Shown here piece by piece: positions 17,933 to 24,744 of a stretch of DNA of 64,000 bases. The stretch's first letter is position 1. The number at the start of each line of letters is the position of its first letter. Below the pieces are notes generated by a model that ran no database searches, was not told the DNA's origin, and was given only the letters and a program-made list of their open reading frames with translations. The DNA comes from a virus (taxonomy: Duplodnaviria; Caudoviricetes): IMG/VR virus record IMGVR_UViG_3300033273_000833, positions 128,001 to 192,000 of that record. One strand, written 5' to 3'. The translations under genes and the position numbers were made by a program.

Positions 17933-17960
17933 GCCCCCTTCCAATCGGAAGGGGGTTTTT
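17933..17960 (+). terminator. Rho-independent terminator
   Basis: CCCCCTTCC-AATC-GGAAGGGGG followed by TTTTT. Confidence 0.9.
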
Positions 17961-17965
17961 CTTTT

Positions 17966-18040
17966 GCAAGTGACTGAGTATCAGTTAATTGCGAAAATCG
18001 CCTAAGAAAAATTTTAATTATATGATATTCAACGACTTAT
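17966..18040. repeat. 27-bp palindrome locus (inverted copy plus forward copy)
   Basis: GCAAGTGACTGAGTATCAGTTAATTGC 17966-17992; TTAATTATATGATATTCAACGACTTAT 18014-18040. Confidence 0.85.
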
Positions 18041-18105
18041 GACAAAGTGAAAAAAAATGAAAAAAGGGGTTGACAGATGTCCCCAACTTGTCTAGTATTG
18101 TATAC

Positions 18106-18846
18106 ATGATTAAAACGACACTACTCACTTCAGGTAACCAAAAAATTGTCAAGGGCGAAAAACTTGGTTACATCACAAAAGGAATTCACTTAGCTCCAGC
18201 CAACCTTGCGGGCTACGAAGTTTGCCAATGGCGTTCTAAAGGTTGCACAATGGCTTGTTTAAACACAGCAGGTCGTGGTCAAATGAATTCCGTTCAAGCT
18301 TCACGCATTGCCAAGACAAAGTTATTCTTTGAACAGAAAAAAGATTTCATGATTAAGCTTTGCAAAGAAATCGCTTCAACAATCAAATCTGCAAACAAGA
18401 AAGAAATGAAAGCGGTTTTCCGTCTCAATCTCACAAGTGACATCGCATGGGAAGATGTTTACATGAAAGATCCAAACTATAACATTTTTGAATACTTTTG
18501 TGCAGAACAATTCTACGACTACACAAAGTCATTCAAGAGAATGTGTGCTTATCTTGGCAAGCCATTCACTAAAGATGAACAAAAATTTCCATCTAATTAT
18601 CACTTAACCTTTTCTCGCTCAGAGCATAACGATAAGAAGTGCGAAATGGTGCTTGCTATGGGTGGGAATGTTGCCGTTGTGTTTCGCAATCAACTTCCTA
18701 AGACTTGGAAGGGTTATGAAGTTGTCAATGGTGATGATACCGACTTGCGTTTCTTAGACAAGAAAGGAGTGGTCGTTGGGCTTATCGAAAAAGGTATGGC
18801 AAAGAAAGATGAGACAGGCTTCGTACAGGAAGGAGTGGACTCATGA
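18106..18846 (+). CDS. Gp88-like phage protein (leaderless)
   Basis: LAPA...C...S.GC..ACLNTAGRG...RIAKT..F...RLN.TSDI.WE...FYDYTK...YHLTFS.SE...GDD.DLRFLD..G..VGL..KG.A. Confidence 0.75.
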   Translation: MIKTTLLTSGNQKIVKGEKLGYITKGIHLAPANLAGYEVCQWRSKGCTMACLNTAGRGQMNSVQASRIAKTKLFFEQKKDFMIKLCKEIASTIKSANKKEMKAVFRLNLTSDIAWEDVYMKDPNYNIFEYFCAEQFYDYTKSFKRMCAYLGKPFTKDEQKFPSNYHLTFSRSEHNDKKCEMVLAMGGNVAVVFRNQLPKTWKGYEVVNGDDTDLRFLDKKGVVVGLIEKGMAKKDETGFVQEGVDS

Positions 18847-19010
18847 GCGATACTTATTACGACTCAGCCGAATCCGTTATGATATCACAAGAGCGGGCAT
18901 TTCAAGAGCTTACAAACCACGGTTGCCAAGAATTCGAAGAGTTCCTGGCGGACATGGGCGACAAGGAAGAATACTCAGCTCAGGCAGTGCTTGAATGGCT
19001 AGGATATTAA
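18843..19010 (+). CDS. Small hypothetical protein (55 aa)
   Basis: ATGA overlap; ends YSAQAVLEWLGY, a phage-typical pattern. Confidence 0.7.
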   Translation: MSDTYYDSAESVMISQERAFQELTNHGCQEFEEFLADMGDKEEYSAQAVLEWLGY

Positions 19011-19047
19011 ACACTTTAAAACAATTAAAAATTTTATACAATCATAT

Positions 19048-19212
19048 GTGGACTACGAAGAATATATTTTTTGCCTTTACCTTTTTAATGAATGCGCGCA
19101 GGACCTGGACGGATTCCTGGAAGCCTTTGACGTTATCGACATGGCCTTTCCGCGAACTTGCAGAGTTTTAGCGGACCAGGGATTCTTTCATAAAGACTTG
19201 TGCTTCAATTAA
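19048..19212 (+). CDS. Possible small protein (GTG start, 54 aa)
   Basis: VDYEEYIFCLYLFNECAQDLDGFLEAF... open frame in GC-richer island. Confidence 0.4.
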   Translation: MDYEEYIFCLYLFNECAQDLDGFLEAFDVIDMAFPRTCRVLADQGFFHKDLCFN

Positions 19213-19381
19213 TTGCAAGAAAACCCTATCCATTTTTGCAAGACGTTGAACCATAGGCATTTATAAAATCAAAACTATACAGACAAAAATTAAAATCGAA
19301 TTTACTGAAAAAAAAGGTTGACTTTACTTAAAAAAATGTCATACTTATAGGTATAGATTAACTTAACAAAGGAATATTATT

Positions 19382-19789
19382 ATGGGATTAGATCAGTCAG
19401 CATACGCAACTAAAGACAATCAACACGAAGATATAGCTACATGGAGAAAGCATAACAGGCTTCAAGGTTGGATGGAAGACTTATGGGAGCACAAAGGTAG
19501 ACCAAACTTTAACAAAGCAGACGCTACTCCGATGGGCGACTTCAACTGCATACCCGTAGAACTAACTCTCGAAGACATTGATTCACTAGAATATGCAATC
19601 AACAACTTTGAGCTACCCGAAACAGGTGGATTCTTTTTCGGCAATGATTCTTATTTTTGGACAGATGAAGAAGGTAATCCTTATCCCGATAATCATTACT
19701 ACTACAAAGACAATGATCTTTATTTCATCAAGAAGGCTCGTGATCTAATCAACAAAGGTTGGAAAGTATTCTACGACTCTTGGTGGTAA
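19382..19789 (+). CDS. Conserved hypothetical phage protein
   Basis: MGLDQ.AY...WRKHNRLQGWM...FNC..V.LT.EDI..LE......LPET.GFFFG...VFYDSWW family pattern. Confidence 0.85.
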   Translation: MGLDQSAYATKDNQHEDIATWRKHNRLQGWMEDLWEHKGRPNFNKADATPMGDFNCIPVELTLEDIDSLEYAINNFELPETGGFFFGNDSYFWTDEEGNPYPDNHYYYKDNDLYFIKKARDLINKGWKVFYDSWW

Positions 19790-19833
19790 AAAAACTCTTG
19801 ACATAACAACTTTAATTTTATAGAATTTATATT

Positions 19834-20208
19834 ATGATTAAAGCACTAAAATCATTCGATGACTTAAAATTCGGTCCTCATCCTCACGCAAAAGACATGG
19901 GAGTTGTAGCAAGTCTAACTCTTGACAATGGCTACGCTTTTAGCGTTGTCGCCAATACTGAAGGCGGTAATCTGTTTTACGGCAATCATCCCGATAACTA
20001 TGAGGTTGCAGTATTTAATCCAGCAGGTCAATTCGTTCCTCTCTCTGTTTCGGACGATGTAATTGGTTGGCAACCTCCACATCAAATCACTTCATTAATG
20101 CATCAATTTGAGATTGACGGATTTCTTCATGAAAAATTACTCGTTGATCTTCGATCAGAATTCAATGAAAAAGTACTAGCGGAGCAAGAAGCAAGATTTA
20201 ACGCTTGA
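19834..20208 (+). CDS. Conserved hypothetical phage protein (leaderless)
   Basis: FDDLKF...NGY..SVV....YG....YEVAV...DVIGW pattern; TTGACA-17-TAGAAT-7-ATG. Confidence 0.8.
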   Translation: MIKALKSFDDLKFGPHPHAKDMGVVASLTLDNGYAFSVVANTEGGNLFYGNHPDNYEVAVFNPAGQFVPLSVSDDVIGWQPPHQITSLMHQFEIDGFLHEKLLVDLRSEFNEKVLAEQEARFNA

Positions 20209-20262
20209 CTTTTAATCAATCTTATACTATACTTATATCATAACAATCAGATAAACTAAACT

Positions 20263-20499
20263 ATGACAAAAAAACAAAAACAAGCACTAAGTAAGGTTAA
20301 AACCTATACTCCTCATAATGTCAACAATCGTGACGAAAAGATTTGGTTCACATATGTTAACAAGAACAGAGTTCCCGTCTCTGCTTACTACGATACAACT
20401 AACGGATCATTCGTATCAGTTGTCAAGGGTTCTCAGTACAATGGCATCGCATTCCGTAAGGGCGTCGCCAAGAGAGTAATCTCAAAGATTCTTGGGTAA
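20263..20499 (+). CDS. Hypothetical basic protein
   Basis: Own promoter near 20205. Confidence 0.75.
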   Translation: MTKKQKQALSKVKTYTPHNVNNRDEKIWFTYVNKNRVPVSAYYDTTNGSFVSVVKGSQYNGIAFRKGVAKRVISKILG

Positions 20500-20576
20500 T
20501 GGAACTACTATTTTTCACTCCGTGGATATTCGTATTTTATATGATGTTCTCGGATTTGTTAAGTGAGGATTCATAG
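20499..20576 (+). CDS. Tiny hydrophobic peptide (25 aa)
   Basis: TAATG coupling; MELLFFTPWIFVFYMMFSDLLSEDS. Confidence 0.4.
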   Translation: MELLFFTPWIFVFYMMFSDLLSEDS

Positions 20577-20603
20577 TCGTTTATATCTTAGGTCAACTAC
20601 AAG

Positions 20604-20634
20604 CCCGCTAGCCTAAAAACTAGCGGGTTTTTTT
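20604..20634 (+). terminator. Rho-independent terminator ending the rightward early block
   Basis: CCCGCTAG / CTAGCGGG stem followed by TTTTTTT. Confidence 0.9.
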
Positions 20635-20746
20635 GTAAATAGGCAAATAGGCCAAATATAGATAAATAGGAGAGAATTTCGAGCGGTTTTCGAACTAACC
20701 AATTCAACTAAAAAGTTGTAAAATTCTTTTTTGCCTCCCCAGTTTC

Positions 20747-20773
20747 GCAATTATATGATAATCAACGACTTAC
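20747..20773. repeat. 27-bp palindrome copy
   Basis: GCAATTATATGATAATCAACGACTTAC. Confidence 0.85.
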
Positions 20774-20925
20774 TGACTAGATAAGATCGGGGCTTTTGTT
20801 TTTTTGCTGAGCTTGCGGGCTATACGCATGGCGTTCGCGTGGCTCGTGGCGTTGTCTACTAGCTTGCCAAAAAGTCTGATATCAAACCAATTGGTAAAGT
20901 TTGGGTTTTTGTCTACATTTATCAT
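20770..20925 (-). CDS. Small hypothetical protein (51 aa), paralogue of 23638-23814
   Basis: MINVDKNPNFTNWFDIRLFGKLVDNATSHANAMRIARKLSKK...; not in ORF track. Confidence 0.7.
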   Translation of the reverse strand: MINVDKNPNFTNWFDIRLFGKLVDNATSHANAMRIARKLSKKTKAPILSSQ

Positions 20926-20929
20926 AGTA

Positions 20930-21115
20930 TTATGCAAAGAATGGATGAAGCCTTACATCCGAAAAGCGGATGCCAACCTTGCGGTTGGTGCGATACGGGC
21001 GAACCATTGCGATTCTTCCGAGATCTTCATGATCTGTTGGTTTGATAAACTCGAAGAGTTTGCCGTCGCGTGAAATGAGCAAATCGCCCTTTTTGAATTG
21101 ATCTCCGTAAGCCAT
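20930..21115 (-). CDS. Hypothetical protein, possible small beta-barrel
   Basis: QFKKGDLLISRDGKLFEFI... Confidence 0.65.
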   Translation of the reverse strand: MAYGDQFKKGDLLISRDGKLFEFIKPTDHEDLGRIAMVRPYRTNRKVGIRFSDVRLHPFFA

Positions 21116-21121
21116 AATTTT

Positions 21122-21304
21122 TTAGTGTTGAGTTACTACATTGAAACGAGGAGAGTTGAGATTCTCTTCTCTTTTGATTGTTCTAAGGTGTGAAAGACTT
21201 GAGGCAGTCCGAACCCGTGGGTAATCGGTTCCTGTGTCGAAGATCTTAACAGACCAATGCGTTGACCATTTTTTGATTCTAACTTGTATTTTATCGTTTA
21301 ACAT
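21122..21304 (-). CDS. Hypothetical protein (leaderless, 60 aa)
   Basis: TTGCAA-17-TATAGT-6-ATG places start at MLNDKIQ. Confidence 0.7.
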   Translation of the reverse strand: MLNDKIQVRIKKWSTHWSVKIFDTGTDYPRVRTASSLSHLRTIKREENLNSPRFNVVTQH

Positions 21305-21356
21305 ATTATTACTATAAGAAATTTTTTTTGAAATTGCAAGAAAAAAGTGATTTTTT

Positions 21357-21542
21357 TCACTCCCATTCGGAGTGAAAGCCCCAATCAATGTCGGGCTGTT
21401 CCTCAAAGTCGAGGAGGGCAACCTTATCTTGAAGGTCGCCGATTTCGTTGCGGATCGCAACGCGATCAGCGGAAGTGAGAACGGAGTCCGCAAGGACTTC
21501 GTGGAGGAGAGAGATTTTGTCGAGCATTTCAGTTTTAGTCAT
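21357..21542 (-). CDS. Hypothetical protein
   Basis: Own promoter (-35 ends 21611). Confidence 0.7.
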   Translation of the reverse strand: MTKTEMLDKISLLHEVLADSVLTSADRVAIRNEIGDLQDKVALLDFEEQPDIDWGFHSEWE

Positions 21543-21674
21543 ATCTTTTTTTTGGTTAAATTGTTTATCTTAGTATATGTATAACATAGCACAGAAAAGG
21601 GCAAAAGTCAAGTTTTTTTTGAAAAAAGATTCGATTATTTTTTTGCACAATTATATTTTTGCCTAGCCAGATTT

Positions 21675-21701
21675 GCAATTATCTGACTTTCAACGACTTA
21701 G
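21675..21701. repeat. 27-bp palindrome copy
   Basis: GCAATTATCTGACTTTCAACGACTTAG. Confidence 0.85.
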
Positions 21702-22006
21702 AAGACAAGAGGATCGGGCAATGAATTAGGAGCCGCGAACCAATCGTTTGCGTCAATTACTTCGCCGTTTAGTACAGGCTCGAATTTGAATTGAGAAACA
21801 TTTGCATTGGCTATGCCGTTGACGCGTTCGCGTGTGGTCGGAGTATTCCAGCCCGCAAGTGACCAACGCACAAGCCCGTCGGCGTCACGCTTTACAATTG
21901 CGTTGCCATGTAGCCAAACGGTTTGCCCGTCTGTCTCGGTGTTTCCGACTTTTAAGGATGTGCCAGCATTGAAGGCGTTTCTTATTTGTTCTGTAACTTT
22001 TCTCAT
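21698..22006 (-). CDS. Conserved hypothetical phage protein
   Basis: MRK....I..AF......K.GNT.......V.LHGN.I......L..AGW.T.TT.ER.NG pattern. Confidence 0.8.
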   Translation of the reverse strand: MRKVTEQIRNAFNAGTSLKVGNTETDGQTVWLHGNAIVKRDADGLVRWSLAGWNTPTTRERVNGIANANVSQFKFEPVLNGEVIDANDWFAAPNSLPDPLVF

Positions 22007-22033
22007 ATCTTTATTATTAATGATTTTGTGTGA

Positions 22034-22243
22034 TTATGCAAGCGGAAAAAAGGAAAAAAAGAGTTTTTGTGCAAGTAAATTTTGTGCCCGCTCTTCGGCT
22101 TCTTCTTCTTGCTGTTCTAGTTTCTCAAGATCAATTTCTGCCTGAATTACTTTTATTTGAGATTGGATGTGTCCAGCGTTTGCATCGAAGACATGATCTT
22201 TGATAAGTTGCTCTAGTTTACTGATTTCTTTTTTTATGTTCAT
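22034..22243 (-). CDS. Hypothetical coiled-coil protein (leaderless)
   Basis: TTGCAA-17-TATAGT-6-ATG. Confidence 0.7.
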   Translation of the reverse strand: MNIKKEISKLEQLIKDHVFDANAGHIQSQIKVIQAEIDLEKLEQQEEEAEERAQNLLAQKLFFSFFPLA

Positions 22244-22295
22244 GATATAACTATAAGAAAATTTTTATTTAATTGCAAGCTAAAAAGAAAGTTTT

Positions 22296-22487
22296 TTACG
22301 CAACCCACTCGACAAGCTCGAACTTGCGAGGCAAGCCAAACTTTGCGAGATCTTTGTTTAAGTCTTCAATGGATGCGTGGTGCTCGCATTTCATCATTAC
22401 ATTACGCTCGACGACTTCGCCGCTTTTGCGATCAATTATATTTACTTTGGCGATGAAGCCGTTTACTTGTTTATCATTTTTAATCAT
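22296..22487 (-). CDS. Hypothetical protein
   Basis: Own promoter (-35 ends 22521). Confidence 0.7.
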   Translation of the reverse strand: MIKNDKQVNGFIAKVNIIDRKSGEVVERNVMMKCEHHASIEDLNKDLAKFGLPRKFELVEWVA

Positions 22488-22574
22488 ACCTTACTATCGC
22501 ATAAAAAACGCAAAAAGTCAAGAAAAACTTTCGACTATTTTTTTGCACAATTCTACTTTTGGTAGGCTAGTCTC

Positions 22575-22601
22575 GCAATTAGCTGACTAGCAGTAACTTA
22601 G
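22575..22601. repeat. 27-bp palindrome copy (degenerate)
   Basis: GCAATTAGCTGACTAGCAGTAACTTAG. Confidence 0.7.
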
Positions 22602-22862
22602 GTAATCGTCTATATCGTCGAAGTTTGCATATGCAAAAGGTGTGCTTCGCTGTCTTGTACCACTATTATAGGCAGATTGTGCATCTTCTAGTATTCCAAG
22701 CTTCTTGAGATAGGATATTGCACCTTTATCGTAGAATGGCACACCATGGTAGCCTAGCGTCCAGGCGAAGTCAATTGCTTTGTCGGGGTCATCATCTAAG
22801 TAGGCATCCTTGGCGATCTTGCCTGATTCTCTCATTTTAGATTCTAATTTTGTATAGCTCAT
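22587..22862 (-). CDS. Hypothetical protein
   Basis: TAATG coupling to upstream gene. Confidence 0.7.
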   Translation of the reverse strand: MSYTKLESKMRESGKIAKDAYLDDDPDKAIDFAWTLGYHGVPFYDKGAISYLKKLGILEDAQSAYNSGTRQRSTPFAYANFDDIDDYLSYC

Positions 22863-23098
22863 TACTTAGCCTTTCTTTCTTTGTAGATTACTGCTTGGTA
22901 TGCCTTGCGAGCTTCTTGCACTGCATGGAGAGCGTCGAGGATTGCCATGCCTTGGGTGATGGTCAAGGTTTGGTCGCCTTCGGTGTTGGTTGACTCGGCA
23001 AGGAAGTTGAGGTTACCCTCGGCTTTAGATAGGGCAAGCCCTAGGTCGAGCTTGCTACGAAACTTGTCGATTGTTGTAGTTGTAGTTGTAGTTGTCAT
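22862..23098 (-). CDS. Hypothetical protein with N-terminal poly-Thr
   Basis: Own promoter; ACAACT microsatellite encodes MTTTTTTTT. Confidence 0.7.
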   Translation of the reverse strand: MTTTTTTTTIDKFRSKLDLGLALSKAEGNLNFLAESTNTEGDQTLTITQGMAILDALHAVQEARKAYQAVIYKERKAK

Positions 23099-23132
23099 AT
23101 GTGTTATATACTAAGGTAGTTGATGTTAAAAG

Positions 23133-23327
23133 TCAAGCATTTCTTTCTACTGATTTCCATCCAAAAGCTTTTACTTTATCTTGATGGCGGGCTTGTGGCA
23201 ACATTGCCTTGAGTTCAGCAATGCGGGCGAGCTTCCAATCTATCTCGCTTTGATCCATTTTACCTTTCCACATTTGCATTTGTAGTTTGTCTAATCTTAT
23301 TTCTCTTTGTATTTGTTCTTCTGTCAT
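23133..23327 (-). CDS. Hypothetical protein (leaderless)
   Basis: TTGACA-17-TAGTTT-6-ATG. Confidence 0.75.
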   Translation of the reverse strand: MTEEQIQREIRLDKLQMQMWKGKMDQSEIDWKLARIAELKAMLPQARHQDKVKAFGWKSVERNA

Positions 23328-23370
23328 ATCTATAAACTAGCAATCTTTTCTTGTTTTGTCAAACTTTATT

Positions 23371-23448
23371 TTACTTTTTTTTAGCTATTACAAACTTAAG
23401 TAAAATCTTTTCTCTTTCAGTTAGTTGTGTTGTATCAATCTTTATCAT
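23371..23448 (-). CDS. Tiny peptide (25 aa, leaderless)
   Basis: TTGACT-17-TATGTT-6-ATG; MIKIDTTQLTEREKILLKFVIAKKK. Confidence 0.5.
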   Translation of the reverse strand: MIKIDTTQLTEREKILLKFVIAKKK

Positions 23449-23536
23449 ATATACAACATAGCAAAGAAATGCTAAAAAGTCAAGAAAAACTTTAAACTAT
23501 TTTATTGCACAATTCTACTTTTGCTAGAGCAATCGC

Positions 23537-23563
23537 ACAATTATATGACTATAAGCAACTTAC
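23537..23563. repeat. 27-bp palindrome copy between divergent promoters
   Basis: ACAATTATATGACTATAAGCAACTTAC. Confidence 0.7.
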
Positions 23564-23637
23564 AACAAAGTGAAAAAAACTTTAATTTTTTTTAAAAAAC
23601 ACTTGACTTTTGCAGAAAAATTTCTTATATTTAGAGC

Positions 23638-23814
23638 ATGATTAAGATTGAGAAAAACGAAAACATTTCACGCTTTTGGAACATCTTCGCCTTCGGCAAG
23701 TTCGTCAAGGAGATCGAAGGGCGAGCCAAAGCATTCAGCTATGCCAAGGCTCTTGCACAAGAGAATGACCAAAAGTTTTTGGTCGATCACAAAAAAAGAA
23801 TCATTGAGGCTTGA
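23638..23814 (+). CDS. Small hypothetical protein (58 aa, leaderless), paralogue of 20770-20925
   Basis: TTGACT-17-TATATT-6-ATG; MIKIEKNENISRFWNIFAFGKFVKEIEGRAKAFSYAKALAQE... Confidence 0.75.
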   Translation: MIKIEKNENISRFWNIFAFGKFVKEIEGRAKAFSYAKALAQENDQKFLVDHKKRIIEA

Positions 23815-23846
23815 CATTACAACCCAACTATACTAGATTATATACT

Positions 23847-24134
23847 ATGGATAACATCGAAAGAATTCGCCAAGCAGTAGAAAACGCCGAGCAAGGTTTC
23901 CGCCTCGCTCCTAGATTTGCATCATTGCAAGAAGAACTCCAAGAAGAGATTCAAGCTGAAGAGCTTGTAGTCAATCATGGTTTACTTCAAGCAAGTGATG
24001 ATGACATCAGAGAAGAACACGCTTCTCTTGATTCAGTCGAGTATGATATGGATGATGTCGATTATGACATGGACGAGAACGAGGTTGACATGACTTCTCT
24101 CAGTCCTGCAATGCGTGAGATCTTCGGAGAATGA
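23847..24134 (+). CDS. Hypothetical acidic protein (leaderless)
   Basis: TTGACA-17-TAGATT-7-ATG. Confidence 0.75.
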   Translation: MDNIERIRQAVENAEQGFRLAPRFASLQEELQEEIQAEELVVNHGLLQASDDDIREEHASLDSVEYDMDDVDYDMDENEVDMTSLSPAMREIFGE

Positions 24135-24364
24135 AACAGCTACCTAAACGAAACAAGCGTGAGTCATCTTTCCGTTGGGTTATGTTCGGGCAAGCAGGTC
24201 AAGTCCTGTTTGCCCTGATCGACCCAAACAATTGGGTACTCAAGCCGAACTCTTATTTTGTCAGCGATTCATTCATTCAAGCGAATCTTGCGAGAGTCAA
24301 GAACATATCGAGACAAGTCGAAGGCAAGACAAAGGTTCTCATGCTACAGGATGGGGTGGCATAG
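24131..24364 (+). CDS. Hypothetical protein
   Basis: ATGA overlap. Confidence 0.7.
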   Translation: MKQLPKRNKRESSFRWVMFGQAGQVLFALIDPNNWVLKPNSYFVSDSFIQANLARVKNISRQVEGKTKVLMLQDGVA

Positions 24365-24365
24365 C

Positions 24366-24458
24366 ACCCCCTACCCCCCTCCCGCGTTGCTCGCACGATG
24401 ACCCACCCCATTTTTCAAAAAAAATCGATGAGTGCTTTTTGAGAAAGTGGTGGGGGGT
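24366..24458. repeat. C-rich/G-rich imperfect inverted repeat at early/late junction
   Basis: CCCACC..TTTTTCAAAAA / TTTTTGAGAAA..GGTGGG stem plus upstream ACCCCCTACCCCCC. Confidence 0.65.
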
Positions 24459-24549
24459 ACTATTTTTCAATATTTGCATTGTTTAAAATATTTTAAATTA
24501 TTTGCTTGAATAAAAAAATAACCGACCACTATTTGGTGTAAAGTAAAGT

Positions 24550-24744
24550 ATGAAAGAAATCGAGTTTTATAATGTAAAAAAGAAAGCTAAAGTTCAGATA
24601 GCCGCCGAACTAGTTGAAAAAAAACAGTATCAAACTACAACGAAGGCTGGCAAGCAAACTACTCGTTACGCCTTTAAAGCTGTAGACGAAGACGGAACTA
24701 AGCTTACGAAATTTTGCAGTAAGGCAGATTACGACAAACTTTAA
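24550..24744 (+). CDS. Small basic protein, CC1-like chromatin protein candidate
   Basis: IEFYNVKKK...TKAGKQTTRYAFKAVDEDGTKLTKF resembles Thermoproteales CC1 (LKFYDIKAK...). Confidence 0.5.
   Translation: MKEIEFYNVKKKAKVQIAAELVEKKQYQTTTKAGKQTTRYAFKAVDEDGTKLTKFCSKADYDKL

Larger units (their letters stand above)
1311..23839. promoter_or_regulatory. Set of sigma70-type early promoters (TTGACA/TTGACT/TTGCAA - 16/17 bp - TAnnnT or CATAAT/CATACT)
   Basis: -35 hexamers on + at 1311, 3426, 4405, 4748, 5627, 6915, 7515, 9901, 12172, 13459, 13838, 14467, 15051, 16858, 17022, 18070, 19318, 19798, 23603, 23811; on - ending at 21339, 21611, 22278, 22521, 23362, 23483. Confidence 0.9.

Noticed and set aside
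19238-19310. Further possible palindrome half-sites near 19251 and 19300
   Set aside because: Only one arm matches and spacing (49 bp; 67 bp to the rightward -35) is off the pattern, so not counted
14317-23563. 27-bp repeats as a CRISPR array
   Set aside because: Copies are degenerate and mostly hundreds to thousands of bp apart with genes between them; no cas genes
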